A stretch of 56,644 nucleotides of DNA from an uncultured delta proteobacterium (GCA_963845145.1 CAWJQU010000018.1:1-56644); one strand, 5' to 3'; counted from the first letter of the stretch, positions 1 to 11,481 are shown. Notes: generated by a model not told the origin, from the letters alone. Translations and numbers: made by a program.

Positions 1-1536
1 GCCACAGATGCCGAAAATCAGATTATTAGAATCGCCCTTAATCAGGAACCCCCCCAGCTCAACAGTTTTCTCACCGAAGATTCGGTCAGCATGATGGTGC
101 TGGGCCACGTCATGGAAGGCTTGTTGTGCTATGACAGGCGGGGGCGGGCGACTGGGGGTTGCTGAACGCTGGGACATCGATTCCAAGGGGGCGACTTTCT
201 ACCTGCGAAAGAATGCCCTCTGGAGCGATGGAAGGCCTGTAACCGCCAAAGATTTTGTGTTCGCCTGGCGCATGGCGGTTGATCCGAAGGTGGCCAGTGA
301 ATACGCTTTTATCGTGTACCCGGTGAAAAATGCCGAGGCTATTAATACAGGTGAAATAAAAGATCTCACCCAACTGGGCGTCAAAGCCATCGACGATTAT
401 ACCCTAAAAGTCGATTTCGAATATCCCTGCGGCTATTTTCTGGGCCTGGCCGCTTTTTCGACCTATTTTCCCGTACGGGAGGATTTTTACAAAAGCATGG
501 GCAGCAAATATGCCGCCGAAGCCTCCAACCTGCTGTACAACGGGGCTTTCAAGCTGACCAAGTGGGTCCATGGTGCCTCCCTGAGAATGGAAAAAAATGA
601 AAATTACTGGAACAAGACCGCGGTTACCCTTAAAGTCATCGATTGTCCTTACATTACGGCCGATACCACGGCCCTGTTGAACCTTTTGAAAGACGACAAA
701 ATTGTTGTGGCTCAGCTGGATTCCGAGACTATCAAGACGGCCATGAAAAGCAAAATGAAGATTCGCAAGTTCGACAGCGGCCGCTTACGCTACATCGTCT
801 TCAACCACCGCGAGGACAAAGTAACTGCCAACCTGAACTTCAGAAAAGCCCTTCGTGCGGTCTTTGACCCCCAGTTGTTTGCCGACAAGGTAGTCGGGGT
901 TCCCGGCACCCTGCCCGGGCGCAGCGTCATGATGTCTTTTCTGGAGGGCGTGAATGACAAATTTCGTAAGGAATATCCGGTCTCGATACACAAAATCGAT
1001 AAAGCGGCTGCCAAGGAATTTCTGGCCAAGGCAAAAAAAGAGCTTGGTATCGACACTTTTCCACCCCTGGTACTGCTGTGCGACGATACCCCTTCGATTG
1101 CCAAGATGGGTGAATACCTGCAGGGCTTGTTTAACGGTGCCCTGAGCTGGATATCAAACTCGACAAACAGATCTTCAAACAGCGCCTGGCCAAAGCCAAT
1201 GCCGGTGAATTTGACATGGTGATCGGCGGTTGGCTGCCGGATTACGACGATCCCATGACCTATGCGGAACTGTTTGCCTCCTGAAACCTGAACAATTCCG
1301 GCAAATGGGAAAACGCGGTGTATGACAAGAATATCCGCATCGCCAGCAATTCAGTCGAGCCGAAGGTACGCATGGATGCGTTCGCCAAATGCCAGCAGGC
1401 CATGTACGACGATATCGGGGTTATCCCTTTGTTCGAAGGCAGTATCGTCTATGTTCAGCACAAAAAGGTTAAAGGGATCAGCCGTTCGGTAACCGGTTTC
1501 AACCCCAATTATATCTATACCAAGATCATCAAATAG
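1..1536 (+). CDS. oppA: Oligopeptide ABC substrate-binding protein (family 5), 5'-truncated by the window; split by frameshifts near 150 and 1145 and an in-frame TGA at 1282-1284
   Basis: Frame 1 reads IRIALNQEPPQLNS...VMEGL. ORF 131..1222 has WSDGRPVTAKDFVFAW and YNGAFKLTKW. A later frame reads GEFDMVIGGWLPDYDDPMTY and runs into ORF 1318..1536. Followed by oppBCDF. Confidence 0.9.
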
Positions 1537-1554
1537 ATTGTCTGCTAACGTGCT

Positions 1555-1597
1555 GTGTCGGGTGTCGGGCGGCCATGGCCTGCCGGGTACCCGACAC
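1555..1597 (+). promoter_or_regulatory. Intercistronic stem-loop between oppA and oppB (likely mRNA stabiliser or partial terminator)
   Basis: GTGTCGGGT (1555-1563) pairs with ACCCGACAC (1589-1597); central GGCCATGGCC palindrome. Confidence 0.55.
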
Positions 1598-1614
1598 TCC
1601 CAAAGAGAGGCAAC

Positions 1615-2545
1615 ATGTTGAAATACATTCTAAAAAGAGTTTTATCAGGGGTGGTGACGGTGTGGTTTATTGCCACAGCCACCTTTATAGCCATGCATGC
1701 GGTGCCGGGTGATCCGTTGAGCAGTGAAAAAGAGGTCAGTCCGGAGATCCGCAAAAACCTCGAAATAAAGTATGGCTTGGATAAACCCGTCATGACCCAA
1801 TATTTCATCTACTTAGGCAACATGCTCAAAGGTGATTTCGGGATCTCTTTCACCCAGCAAAACCGTATGGTCAACGACATCATCCGCGAACATTTTCCGG
1901 TTCGGCCATTCTGGGGGTTTTGGCGATTTTTTTGCCGCCTTGGGCGGTGTTCTTTGGGGTGCTTTGACGGCCCTTTACCGCAACAAGCTACCGGATATCG
2001 TCATAATGTTCCTGGTGATTCTGGGTGTGGCGGTTCCGGGTTTCGTATTTGCCGCCCTGGCCCAGATTGCGATTGTACTAATCAATAAAGCGACGGGAAC
2101 CTCCGTTTTTCCGGTGGCTTGCTGGGGCTCCATCATGCATATGTGGGTGCCAGCGTTTGTTTTGGGTATCGGCACCATGGCTTATTTGACACGTTTGATG
2201 CGTTCTTCCATGCTCGAAGTCATTAATTCCGACTTCATCCGCACCGCCAAATCCAAAGGTCTGTCCGCCACTCGAATTTTCTTTGTGCATCAACTTAGAA
2301 ACGCGGTACTCCCGGTGGTCACCATTCTCGGGCCCGCAATCGCCGCCATCACCACCGGCGGCTTCGTGGTTGAATTGGTGTTCGCCATTCCGGGTTTGGG
2401 GCGGTATTTCGTCGAGGCAATCCAGCAGATGGATTATACCGTGATCATGGGCACAACCGTTTTCTACGGTGCTTTTCTGGTTCTGATGGTCACGTTGGTG
2501 GATATCGTTTATGCATATGTCGATCCGCGAATAAGACTAAAATAA
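1615..2545 (+). CDS. oppB: Oligopeptide ABC permease OppB (one frameshift near 1900-1935)
   Basis: MLKYILKRV...PGDPL...YGLDKP...GDFGIS in ORF 1555; EAA-like loop FIRTAKSKGLS...HQLRNA and C-terminal VDPRI in ORF 1832. Confidence 0.92.
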
Positions 2546-2564
2546 GCAAAGAGGCAGAAAAAAG

Positions 2565-3963
2565 ATGGCGGAACATACGTTATACAACCCGCAAGGGGTA
2601 GATTTCGAAGGGGTAACGGTCACGAGCGATATTCAACAGTTGACCCGCCCATCGCTTTCATATTGGCAGGACGCTTGGGTGCGCCTGAGGAAAAACAAGC
2701 GCGCCATGGCCTCCTTGTGTATTGTCGTTACCCTGATCCTTTTTACCCTGGTCGGTCCGCTGCTCTGGCGGGTTGATCCGTCCGCGCAGGACCTGGATCA
2801 GATTTCACAGTTTATCACTTTCAATAAAACAGCGGTCATTACCGAGTCTCAGACGGTCTGGGAAGGGGTTACTCTGGATAGTTTTCCGGCTGAACCGGAA
2901 GAGATACCGGACGAATTGCTGGCCAGTGCAAACGTCGAGGTCGTAGGCAGCTCCACCACCCAGGGAGTGCGCTTGAAGTGGGCCCCGGTAGAGGGCGCGG
3001 CCGGTTATGTGATCTACCGCAACGAAAAAGCACCCGATCCCGATGATCTGGGTATCCCGGTGGGTGAAACCGATGCCGGCAACATCGTCGGCTATGAAGA
3101 TCGCTTGAAACTCGAATCCCGTACCTATCATTATTCCATAGTGGCCACCGATGGCATGGATGAGGCAGACACGCATGCGACGCTTGGTGTGACAGTTTCC
3201 CAGGGTATCACCCTGCGAGGCCCAGCGCCGGGGATTGGACGGCAACGTCGGTGAAACCGTCACATTGAAAGCGCATCCCCTGGGCACCGACTATTTGGGT
3301 CGCGATATGCTGTCGCGATTGATGTACGGCGCACGTATATCCATGTTCATCGGTATCGTAGCACCGGTTCTCTTTGTCATTTTCGGCACGATCTTCGGTG
3401 GCTTTGCCGGCTTTCTGGGCGGCAAGATCGATCGCTATCTGATGGCCTTTTCCGATTTCGTAGTGGCCCTGCCGTTTCTGCTGTTCATGATCCTGTTTAA
3501 AATATCCTTTGGTATCGGACCGGGGGAAAGCGGGGTCATTCCCATGTTGATTGCCCTGGTGATCCTTTCATGGCCCGGAACATCACGTCTGGTCCGCGGA
3601 CAGGTCATGCAGCAGCGGGATGAAGGTTATATTCAAGCGGCCAAATTGTTGGGGGCCAAAAGCGGATATTTGATCATGCGTCACATGATTCCCAACACCA
3701 TGGGGGTGATTTTGGTAGCGCTGACCTTTGCGGTGCCGACCTGTATTTTTACGGAGGCCTTTCTGTCGTTCATCGGCATGGGGGTCGCCCCGCCGACGCC
3801 GTCCTGGGGCTCTATGTGCAACGAGGGGATCAAAACCATGCTCTCGCATCCCCATGAGCTGATTTTCCCGGCGGTATTGATCAGTGCGACCGTGCTTGCG
3901 TTCAATCTATTGGGGGATGGGTTGCGGGACGCTTTGGATCCCCGAATGAGGTCAAGAGAATGA
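2565..3963 (+). CDS. oppC: Oligopeptide ABC permease OppC with a large extracytoplasmic insertion (frameshift near 3215-3235)
   Basis: OppC N-terminus SYWQDAWVRLRKNKRA; HPLGTDYLGRD, AAKLLGA...HMIPN, PSWG and GDGLRDALDPR in ORF 3235. Confidence 0.92.
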
Positions 3964-5003
3964 AGAAAACCAATCATAGTAATGTGCTGGAGGTCAAAGA
4001 CCTCAACGTGGAATTCAGTACCTATGGGGGTACCGTCAAGGCCGTGCGGGGAGTCAGTTACAATGTCCGCAACGGTAAGACCCTGGGGGTTGTGGGTGAA
4101 TCCGGCTGCGGTAAATCCGTGACGGTCCAGGCTATTTTGCAATTGATCCCCATGCCTCCGGGTCGCATCACCAGCGGCTCGGCGAAACTCAACGGCAAGG
4201 AAATGATCGGCATGAGCCCCAAGGACATCAATACCATCCGGGGGCGAGAGATCGGCGTGATCTTTCAGGATCCGATGAGTTCCCTGAATCCCACCATGAA
4301 GATCGGCAAACAGATTGCTGAAACAGTAAAAGTTCACCAGCACGCCAGTAATGACGAGGCCATGCAAAAGGCAATTGCCCTTCTGGAAAAGACCAAAATC
4401 CCGGAAGCAGCCAAACGCGCCCAGCAGTACCCCTTCGAATTTTCCGGTGGTATGCTGCAGCGCGCCATCATTGCCATGAGCTTGGCTTGCGATCCCACCC
4501 TGTTGGTGGCCGACGAACCCACCACGGCCCTGGATGTCACCATTCAATCCCAAACCCTCAAGATTATGCATGATTTACAGCAGAAAATGGGCATGAGCAT
4601 CATTTTGATTACCCATGATCTGGGTGTCATCGCCCACATGGCCCATGACGTGGCGGTCATGTATGCCGGTCAGATAATCGAGGCGGGCACTGTGGACGAT
4701 ATTTTTTACCGCTCATCGCACCCCTACACCCTGGGCCTTCGCTACGCCATGCCGACCAACATCGAAGGCGCCGACCGGAAGCTCATGCCCATTGATGGCA
4801 GCCCACCGGATCTTTTCAAACCCCCCAAAGGTTGTGGTTACTATGCCCGTTGTCCCTATGCCATGCGCGTGTGTGAAAGCCATAACCCGGAGGAATTCAC
4901 CATCAGCGGAAAACACTTCGCGCGCTGCTGGCTTCAGCATCCGTCTGCGCCCAAAGTAGAGGGGGAGCTTTTTCAGATCGGTCACACGGAGAACGCTAAA
5001 TGA
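3960..5003 (+). CDS. oppD: Oligopeptide ABC ATPase OppD
   Basis: Walker A GESGCGKS, signature FSGGM, Walker B LLVADEPTTALD, C-terminal HPYT and Cys cluster. Confidence 0.96.
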   Translation: MKKTNHSNVLEVKDLNVEFSTYGGTVKAVRGVSYNVRNGKTLGVVGESGCGKSVTVQAILQLIPMPPGRITSGSAKLNGKEMIGMSPKDINTIRGREIGVIFQDPMSSLNPTMKIGKQIAETVKVHQHASNDEAMQKAIALLEKTKIPEAAKRAQQYPFEFSGGMLQRAIIAMSLACDPTLLVADEPTTALDVTIQSQTLKIMHDLQQKMGMSIILITHDLGVIAHMAHDVAVMYAGQIIEAGTVDDIFYRSSHPYTLGLRYAMPTNIEGADRKLMPIDGSPPDLFKPPKGCGYYARCPYAMRVCESHNPEEFTISGKHFARCWLQHPSAPKVEGELFQIGHTENAK

Positions 5004-5955
5004 ATACGATAATCGAAACCAAAGACCTGAAAAAATATTTTCAAATCGGCAAGAACCAGATCGTGCATGCCACGGACGGTCTTTCCGTGACCATCGGCGA
5101 AAACGAGATAGTGGGATTGGTGGGCGAAAGCGGCTCTGGCAAGTCGACCTTTGGTAAGGCCGTGGTGGGGCTGCATGACAAGACCTCCGGGGAGGTCTGG
5201 TATAAGGGTGAATTAACCCCGGCCCATTTCACACCGTCGGACTATAAAAAGTACTCCACCGAAATGCAGATGATTTTTCAAGATCCCTATTCCTCGTTGA
5301 ATCCGCGCATGACCGTGCTGGAAATCATCGGCGAAGGCTTGCATCTGCAAGGTGGCTTCACCCATGCGGACATCAAGGAAAAAGTGGCCGAGTGGCTGCG
5401 GCGGGTGGGCCTGCAACCGGATCATATGTCGCGCTACTGCCACGAATTTTCCGGCGGGCAGCGCCAGCGTATCGGCATCGCCCGTGCTTTGGTCTGAATC
5501 CAAAATTCGTGGTCTGTGATGAGCCCATCTCGGCCCTGGATGTCTCGGTTCAAGCCCAGGTAGTAAATCTTTTGGGTGAATTCCGGGATACACTGGGGAT
5601 CAGTCTGCTTTTTATTGCCCATGATCTGTCCATGGTCAGATATGTGTCGGATCGCATCATTGTGATGTATCTGGGTGCCATGATTGAAATCGGCACAGCC
5701 GATGAGGTCTTTTTTCATCCGCAACATCCTTACACGCGCCTGTTGATCGCCTCGAATCCCGAGGCGGATCCGGAATACGAGCGTAAACATGCGCATGTGC
5801 CCATAGAAGGGGAAATCCCCTCACCGATCAATATTCCACCGGGATGTCGTTTTGCAGGCCGTTGCCCAGATGTCATGGAAAAATGCCATACGGTTACGCC
5901 CGAATTGGTCATGAGAAACGCCAGCCACGGAGCGGCGTGCTTGCTATATGCATGA
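5000..5955 (+). CDS. oppF: Oligopeptide ABC ATPase OppF (frameshift near 5495)
   Basis: GESGSGKS, FSGGQRQRIGIARAL, then VCDEPISALD and HPYT...GCRFAGRCP in the next frame. Confidence 0.94.
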
Positions 5956-5979
5956 AATCATTTTTTTAGGGAGAAAAAA

Positions 5980-7539
5980 ATGTCAACCTATTCTCGCGTA
6001 CTAACGGTAGCCCTGCTTGTGCTGAGCCTGTTGGGTGCCGTGCAGGCCGCCGCCAAGAACCTGCGTCTGGCCATGGACGCCGAACCGGTTTCGATGGACC
6101 CCCATGCTCATCTGAGCACTGGAACCTTGCAGTTTTCACACCTGGTTTTCGATCCCCTGCTGCGCTGGACGAAGGCGATGGATTTCGAGCCACACCTGGC
6201 CTATAAATGGGAACGAATCGATGCACGCACCCTGCGGTTTCACCTGCGTAAAGGGGTGACCTTTCACAGCGGCAACCCGCTGACGGCTAAAGATGTCGCG
6301 TGGACCCTCCAGCGCCTCAAACGCAGTGAAAGTTTCAAGGGCGTTTTCGGACCGGTGGCGGGAACCAAAATTATCGACGATCACACCATCGATCTCATCA
6401 CCAAGATTCCATATCCACTGTTGTTAAACATCGCGACCTATATTTTTCCCATGGATCGACTGTTTTACAGTGGTGTAGATGCTTTGGGTAAACCCAAAGA
6501 CGTCATCCTAAAATTTGAGCCCTCCTTTGCCCGGGACAATGCTTCTGGTACCGGTCCGTTTAAGGTAACCGAGTGGTTGCCCGGTACCCGAATGATATTT
6601 GAGCGGGTTGCCTCTTATTGGAACAATCGATCCCCGGGTAATGTGAGCCGGATTGAGTTAAGTGCCATTGGTGATTCCTCCGATCGTGTCAATGCCCTTT
6701 TGGCGGGTAAAATGGATATGATTATGCCCGTAGCACCACAGGATTACGAACAGGTTCGTCTGGCGGATGATGCCAGTTTGCTTACCACGGCCACTCCACG
6801 GATAATTCTGTTTCAGTTGAATCAAGACCGTCGGCCGGAGTTCAGAGATGTTTTGGTTCGCCAGGCTATCGTGCATGCTATCGACAACCGTGCCATCGTG
6901 GATGCCGTAATGAAAGGCGCGGCCACTGCAGCCGGTCAGCAGTCGCCCAAAGGCTACGTCGGACACGTGGAAGGGCTCAAGCCACGCTTCAACCTGAAAC
7001 GGGCCCAAAAAATGATGCAAAAAGCCGGCTATCCAGACGGTTTTACCTGCAGCATGATCGCACCCAACAACCGCTATATCAACGATGAAAAGATCGCCGC
7101 CACGGTTGTTTCCATGCTGGCTAAAATCAACATCCGTGTACAACTCACCACCATGGACAAAGCGCGCTATTGGGAGCAATTTGCCGCCCGCCAGGGCGAT
7201 ATTCAGATGATCGGGTGGCATCCGGATACTGAGGACTCGGCCAACTACAGCGAATACCTGATCATGTGTCCAAATAAGGCCACCGGTTACGGCCAGGACA
7301 ACAGCGGTGGCTATTGCAACCCTGTAGTGGATGATATGGTGCTTAGAAGCCAATCGGAGCTCGATGCAGCTGCACGCGGCGCCATGCTCCAGCGGGTGGA
7401 ACAGCTTCTGTATGACGATGCAGCCTATGTGCCCTTGCACTGGCAAAATATATCCTGGGCCGCATGGAAAAGGATCGACCTGGAACCGATCGTAAACGCC
7501 TTAAATAATCCTTATTTGGGTGATTTGGTTATCCACTGA
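5980..7539 (+). CDS. ABC substrate-binding protein family 5 (DppA/GsiB-like)
   Basis: Sec signal peptide, SMDPH, LRKGVTFHSG, GTGPF motifs; 519 aa; GGGAG RBS. Confidence 0.92.
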   Translation: MSTYSRVLTVALLVLSLLGAVQAAAKNLRLAMDAEPVSMDPHAHLSTGTLQFSHLVFDPLLRWTKAMDFEPHLAYKWERIDARTLRFHLRKGVTFHSGNPLTAKDVAWTLQRLKRSESFKGVFGPVAGTKIIDDHTIDLITKIPYPLLLNIATYIFPMDRLFYSGVDALGKPKDVILKFEPSFARDNASGTGPFKVTEWLPGTRMIFERVASYWNNRSPGNVSRIELSAIGDSSDRVNALLAGKMDMIMPVAPQDYEQVRLADDASLLTTATPRIILFQLNQDRRPEFRDVLVRQAIVHAIDNRAIVDAVMKGAATAAGQQSPKGYVGHVEGLKPRFNLKRAQKMMQKAGYPDGFTCSMIAPNNRYINDEKIAATVVSMLAKINIRVQLTTMDKARYWEQFAARQGDIQMIGWHPDTEDSANYSEYLIMCPNKATGYGQDNSGGYCNPVVDDMVLRSQSELDAAARGAMLQRVEQLLYDDAAYVPLHWQNISWAAWKRIDLEPIVNALNNPYLGDLVIH

Positions 7540-7549
7540 CAAAAATAAT

Positions 7550-7582
7550 AAACGACGGATTGTCAAATCCGCCGTCGTTTTT
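7550..7582 (+). terminator. Rho-independent terminator
   Basis: AAACGACGG...CCGTCGTTT stem running into a T tract just after the stop at 7539. Confidence 0.6.
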
Positions 7583-7610
7583 ATCGATGTTTCTATAACT
7601 GGAGAAGTAC

Positions 7611-8003
7611 ATGAAAATTTTAGTTGGTTATGATTATTCCACCGTTACCCAGGATGTCCTGGCGCTAGCAAAACAACAAGCCCAAGCATTCAAAGCTGAG
7701 GTTTATCTGCTGAGATCCCTTGAACAGAAACCCGAGTTGAAACGCGATACTATCCAACAAATAGAACAAAATTTGGACCAGGTCCGGCGTGAGTTCACCA
7801 CCATGGGCCTGGCCTGCGAAACCCATGTTCTGGAGAGCGCCCTGGCTGCCGGCGAAGATATCGTCCAGTTCGCCGAACAAAACGATATCGATCTGATCGT
7901 GATCGGCGTTCGCAGACGCTCTAAAGTGGGCAAGCTGCTTTTCGGTTCCAATGCTCAGCTGATTATTTTAACGGCTCCTTGTCCGGTACTTACCGTGAAA
8001 TAA
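7611..8003 (+). CDS. Universal stress protein (UspA family)
   Basis: KILVGYDYS start; DLIVIG-x-R...LLFGS-x-A...APCPVL Usp motif. Confidence 0.93.
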   Translation: MKILVGYDYSTVTQDVLALAKQQAQAFKAEVYLLRSLEQKPELKRDTIQQIEQNLDQVRREFTTMGLACETHVLESALAAGEDIVQFAEQNDIDLIVIGVRRRSKVGKLLFGSNAQLIILTAPCPVLTVK

Positions 8004-8086
8004 TACTTAAATACCTTTATATCTCCTTAACAATTACAAATGGGTTACCTCCTGATCCTGTCGAAGGGGGCTTTACAAAGTCACCC

Positions 8087-8715
8087 AACCTCCTGCAAAG
8101 CCGGAGGCTTGAAAAGATGTGAACCGCTCAAAGCGGTTAATAATATGGCCACCTAAAAGGTGGCGATACCTTACTTGAACAAACTTAGTTGATCTAATCG
8201 ACGGTCCTCTTTTTCTTGTGATCTAATGTATTCACGGACCGTCTCTTCATCTCGACCTACGGTGGAAACATGGTAACCTCTGGCCCAAAATTTCTGACCC
8301 GTAAAATTCCTTCTGTGTCCCAAATAATTGCGAGCTATATGAATGGCACTTTTACCCTTTATGAAACCGATCACCTGCGATACGGCGTATTTGGGAGGTA
8401 TCGATATGAGCATATGGACATGGTCCGACACCATATGCCCCTCTAAACCTTCACATCATCGACTACGAGCCAATTCTTTGAAAACCTCACCAAGGTATTG
8501 TCAAAGCTGGCCGTATAATGTTTTTTTACGATACTTGGGAATCCAGACTACATGGTATTTGCATTCCCAGCGACTGTGGTTTAAACTCGAAACGTTGTTC
8601 ATGAAAGCCTCTCCTTTGTGAATTTGAGCGGTTCACTCTAGGAGGGGCTTTCAGTTGTCACCGTAAAAGTCAAACTTTAATGAGTCCCCCGGCAGAACCG
8701 GGGGTTTACCTATGG
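8087..8715 (-). mobile_element. IS200/IS605-family element (tnpA only), decayed; ends approximate
   Basis: Y1 transposase flanked by related subterminal hairpins AACCTCCTGCAAAGCCGGAGGCTT (8087-8110) and CCCCCGGCAGAACCGGGGG (8686-8704). Confidence 0.85.
8171..8602 (-). pseudogene. tnpA: IS200-type Y1 (HUH) transposase with two in-frame TGA stops
   Basis: From ATG 8602: MNNVSSLNHSRWECKYHVVWIPKYRKK...DHVHMLISIPP...FWARGY...YIRSQ. Stops at 8501-8503 and 8456-8458 with the frame preserved. Confidence 0.92.
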
Positions 8716-9270
8716 GCAATTATTTTCACTTCTTTTTATAAATCCTTCCTGAAATGATTTTCGATTGAAGCCTTCAATCTATCGCCTTGACGTGAATCGA
8801 AGATTACCACAAGTTTAACGGTTCCATTAAACAATAGAATTTGTAACAGAGCTCTAAATAGACGATATTAAAAAATGACAGGTAGAAGTCAATGGATCAT
8901 AGCCATCCGGGAGGCGGTCGATTCAGTTTGTTGTTATGCTCGAATTAAGCAATCACAAAGATTGATCCACCCACAATATATGGTATAGCTTGATTTTAGG
9001 AAAAATTTCGTGATTACTGGTATAAATAAATTGTCTTGCACCGTGAATACCTCCAACTCATCCTCACCAGGATATTTTAAAAATTTAATGAAAAATGGGT
9101 TTTCAGTGGCCCTGTGATATCATCAGGCCAACGAATTTGGATTTACCATGACTACCGTCCGCAGTTTTAGTCTTTAGAAACCAACGGTATCTTTTATTGA
9201 TCACAACCCACCTCAAGCTTTTAATAAAAGAATAGTAGCTTTATTCGGATATTTGGATAGCTGAAAATCA

Positions 9271-10045
9271 CTACGATTTGCCGGTAATCACCAGCAGGTA
9301 CACTTCCCGTGGTCCGTGGGCGCCGTGGACCATGACGGCTTCGATATCAGCGGTTTTACTGGGGCCGGATATGAAAGTGAGGCAATTGGTCAGGCCTTTA
9401 CGGTTGAAGTCCGGTTCTTGCTTCAATAAGGTATACAACTCTTTTAGATTGGTAATAATCTGATCCAAGCGAATGACGGCGATATGAATAGATGGTACCA
9501 GGGAAGTAGCACGGGCCTGGCCAGGTAGGGTTTTCATTACGAGGGTGGCCGATTCGGCGACGCAATAATCCGCGCTGGTTATGCCGATGAAAGAAGAGAT
9601 GATATCATCGCGAACCTTTTGGCGACCCTTCGGTTTGGGATATTTGACCGGATAGGCTGTAGGGTGGGACAGGTATTTTTTTATCAGCCAGCGCGTGAGG
9701 TAGATTTAGCTTGTCGATAAGTGGATGACGCCAGACGGATACATGCTTTTCCCGGCCCCATTCCGGCTTTTTTTTGATAACGAGATCGGTGATCGTTTCC
9801 GTGGCCGTGGCCATATCCGCCATGGGCATGACATTGAGATTGATCGGTTTGCCGGCTTCGATGAGTTGATCCAATAACCTTTGTTGTGCATCTTTTTTTC
9901 GAGTGGTTATTTGCTTAACCAATTGGCGGGCTTCTTCTTCGCTTTGGCCAGGAAATAGGGTGGTGAATTTACGGTCTGAATTTGTGGACACGTCTAAGGC
10001 CGATTTGATTCGGGCGAGAAACCGCTGTTCGTGGGTGATGGTCAT
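9271..10045 (-). CDS. lutC: Lactate utilization protein C (LUD domain), one frameshift near 9610-9670
   Basis: GITSADYCVAESATLV, RATSLVP, ISGPSKTADIE...GAHGP; downstream of lutB. Confidence 0.88.
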
Positions 10046-11481
10046 CGCTTGGGCGCTCTTTTCTTTTTCCAGTAGGCGTTAAAACTTTCCGGGGCGACTT
10101 TGCGCATTTCACGACTGGATGTCCACCCGTTAAAAGGTGGTGGAAGGTGGCGAATGGTCTTTTCTTTGCCTGGTAGAAGTCGCTGACCTAAACGGGCAAG
10201 GGCCAGGGATCGGTCGTAGTTTTTGCGGCTGGATATCATTCTGGACCAGCCGGCCATCAACCCTTTTTCGACGCGACTGATGGGGGTGACCTGCCAGAGG
10301 GGATCGCCTTGGGCCAGCTTGGCCCGCAAGGCCAGGATCATGCGGGGCAGATCAATGTCCACGGGACAGATCTCCCGGCAGGCGCCACAGAGGGTTTCGC
10401 CCATGCAGAGGTCTTTGGCGCGGTTGATGCCGGTCAACAGCGGGGTGACGACGGTTCCCACCGGTCCCGAGTAGGCAAAACCGTAGGAATGACCGCCGAT
10501 CTTGGCATAGACCGGGCAGACATTCAGGCAAGCGGCGCAGCGAATGCAACCAAGAATTTCCCGAAACTCCGGGTCGGCCAGAATTCGTGAGCGGCCGTTA
10601 TCAATAATGACCAGGTGGAATTCGTCGGGCCCGTCAATCTGTTCTGGAATTCGCGGGCCCCCGACATAGCTGACATAAGTGGCCATGTTTTGGGCGGCCG
10701 CACCCCGGGGAAGCAGGCGGAAGAGAATATCATAGTCGATAAGCCGGGCCGTCACCCGCTCCATGCCCATGAGGGAAACATGGATTCGGGGCATTGTTGA
10801 GGACATGCGGATATTGCCCTCATTGGAGACGGTGGCAATGTGTCCTGTTTCGGCGCAGGCCAGGTTACAGCCGGTAATCCCCATGTCAGCCGTTAAAAAC
10901 TTCTCCCTTAAGGCTTTGCGCGCCGCCTGGGTCAACGTTGGGGGATCTTCTGTATAGGGGATGCCCAGTTTGCGGGCAAACAGTTTGCCGATATCCTGAC
11001 GCGTTTTGTGGATGGCCGGGGCGATGATATGGGAGGGGTGTTCGCCGGCGAGTTGAATAATGTATTCACCCAGATCGGTTTCGAACGTTTCTATCCCGGC
11101 ATCTTCAAACGATGCATTCAGGCCGATCTCCTCACTGACCATGGATTTACCCTTGACGACACGTTTAACATGTCGGCGTTGGGCGAGGTCAAGGCAGTAG
11201 TCGACCGCTTCTTTGGCCGTATCGGCAAAGAAAACCCGGCCGCCGTTTTGGCGGACCTTTTCCACCAGGGTTTGGAGAAGAACATCCAGATGGTTGATGG
11301 CGTGCATTCTCATTGTGTGGGCTTGTTTGCGAAGAGCAGGGCCTTCGGGAAGCGCTCGATAGGCGGCAGCCGCTCCTTTTCCGATCCGATCCTGGAGGCC
11401 GGCCAGTGCGGACTGAAGGGTTTGATTTGTCAGTGCCGTGCGGGCCATTTGGCGGTAGTATTCTGTTTTTATTTCGGTCAT
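10042..11481 (-). CDS. lutB: Fe-S L-lactate dehydrogenase subunit LutB/LldF
   Basis: KGKSMVSEE, ETDLGE, PSHIIAPAIH, NEGN, CIRCAACLNVCP and LCGACREICP. Start taken at MTEIK (11481), overlapping the lutA stop. Confidence 0.95.
   Translation of the reverse strand: MTEIKTEYYRQMARTALTNQTLQSALAGLQDRIGKGAAAAYRALPEGPALRKQAHTMRMHAINHLDVLLQTLVEKVRQNGGRVFFADTAKEAVDYCLDLAQRRHVKRVVKGKSMVSEEIGLNASFEDAGIETFETDLGEYIIQLAGEHPSHIIAPAIHKTRQDIGKLFARKLGIPYTEDPPTLTQAARKALREKFLTADMGITGCNLACAETGHIATVSNEGNIRMSSTMPRIHVSLMGMERVTARLIDYDILFRLLPRGAAAQNMATYVSYVGGPRIPEQIDGPDEFHLVIIDNGRSRILADPEFREILGCIRCAACLNVCPVYAKIGGHSYGFAYSGPVGTVVTPLLTGINRAKDLCMGETLCGACREICPVDIDLPRMILALRAKLAQGDPLWQVTPISRVEKGLMAGWSRMISSRKNYDRSLALARLGQRLLPGKEKTIRHLPPPFNGWTSSREMRKVAPESFNAYWKKKRAPKR

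Noticed and set aside
1282..1284. In-frame TGA in oppA where Trp is expected (and two TGAs in tnpA) as stop-codon recoding or selenocysteine
   Set aside because: Many genes here end in TGA and use TGG for Trp, the positions are not Cys sites, and the oppA site lies in an error-rich zone.
3681..4571. Long antisense ORFs (also 6658..7446, 11008..11793, 29736..30356, 38199..38801)
   Set aside because: They shadow well-supported genes on the opposite strand and have no recognisable motifs.
8051..8068. CCTGATCCTGTCGAAGGG resembling a REP-type repeat
   Set aside because: Single short degenerate copy in the window; cannot be supported.
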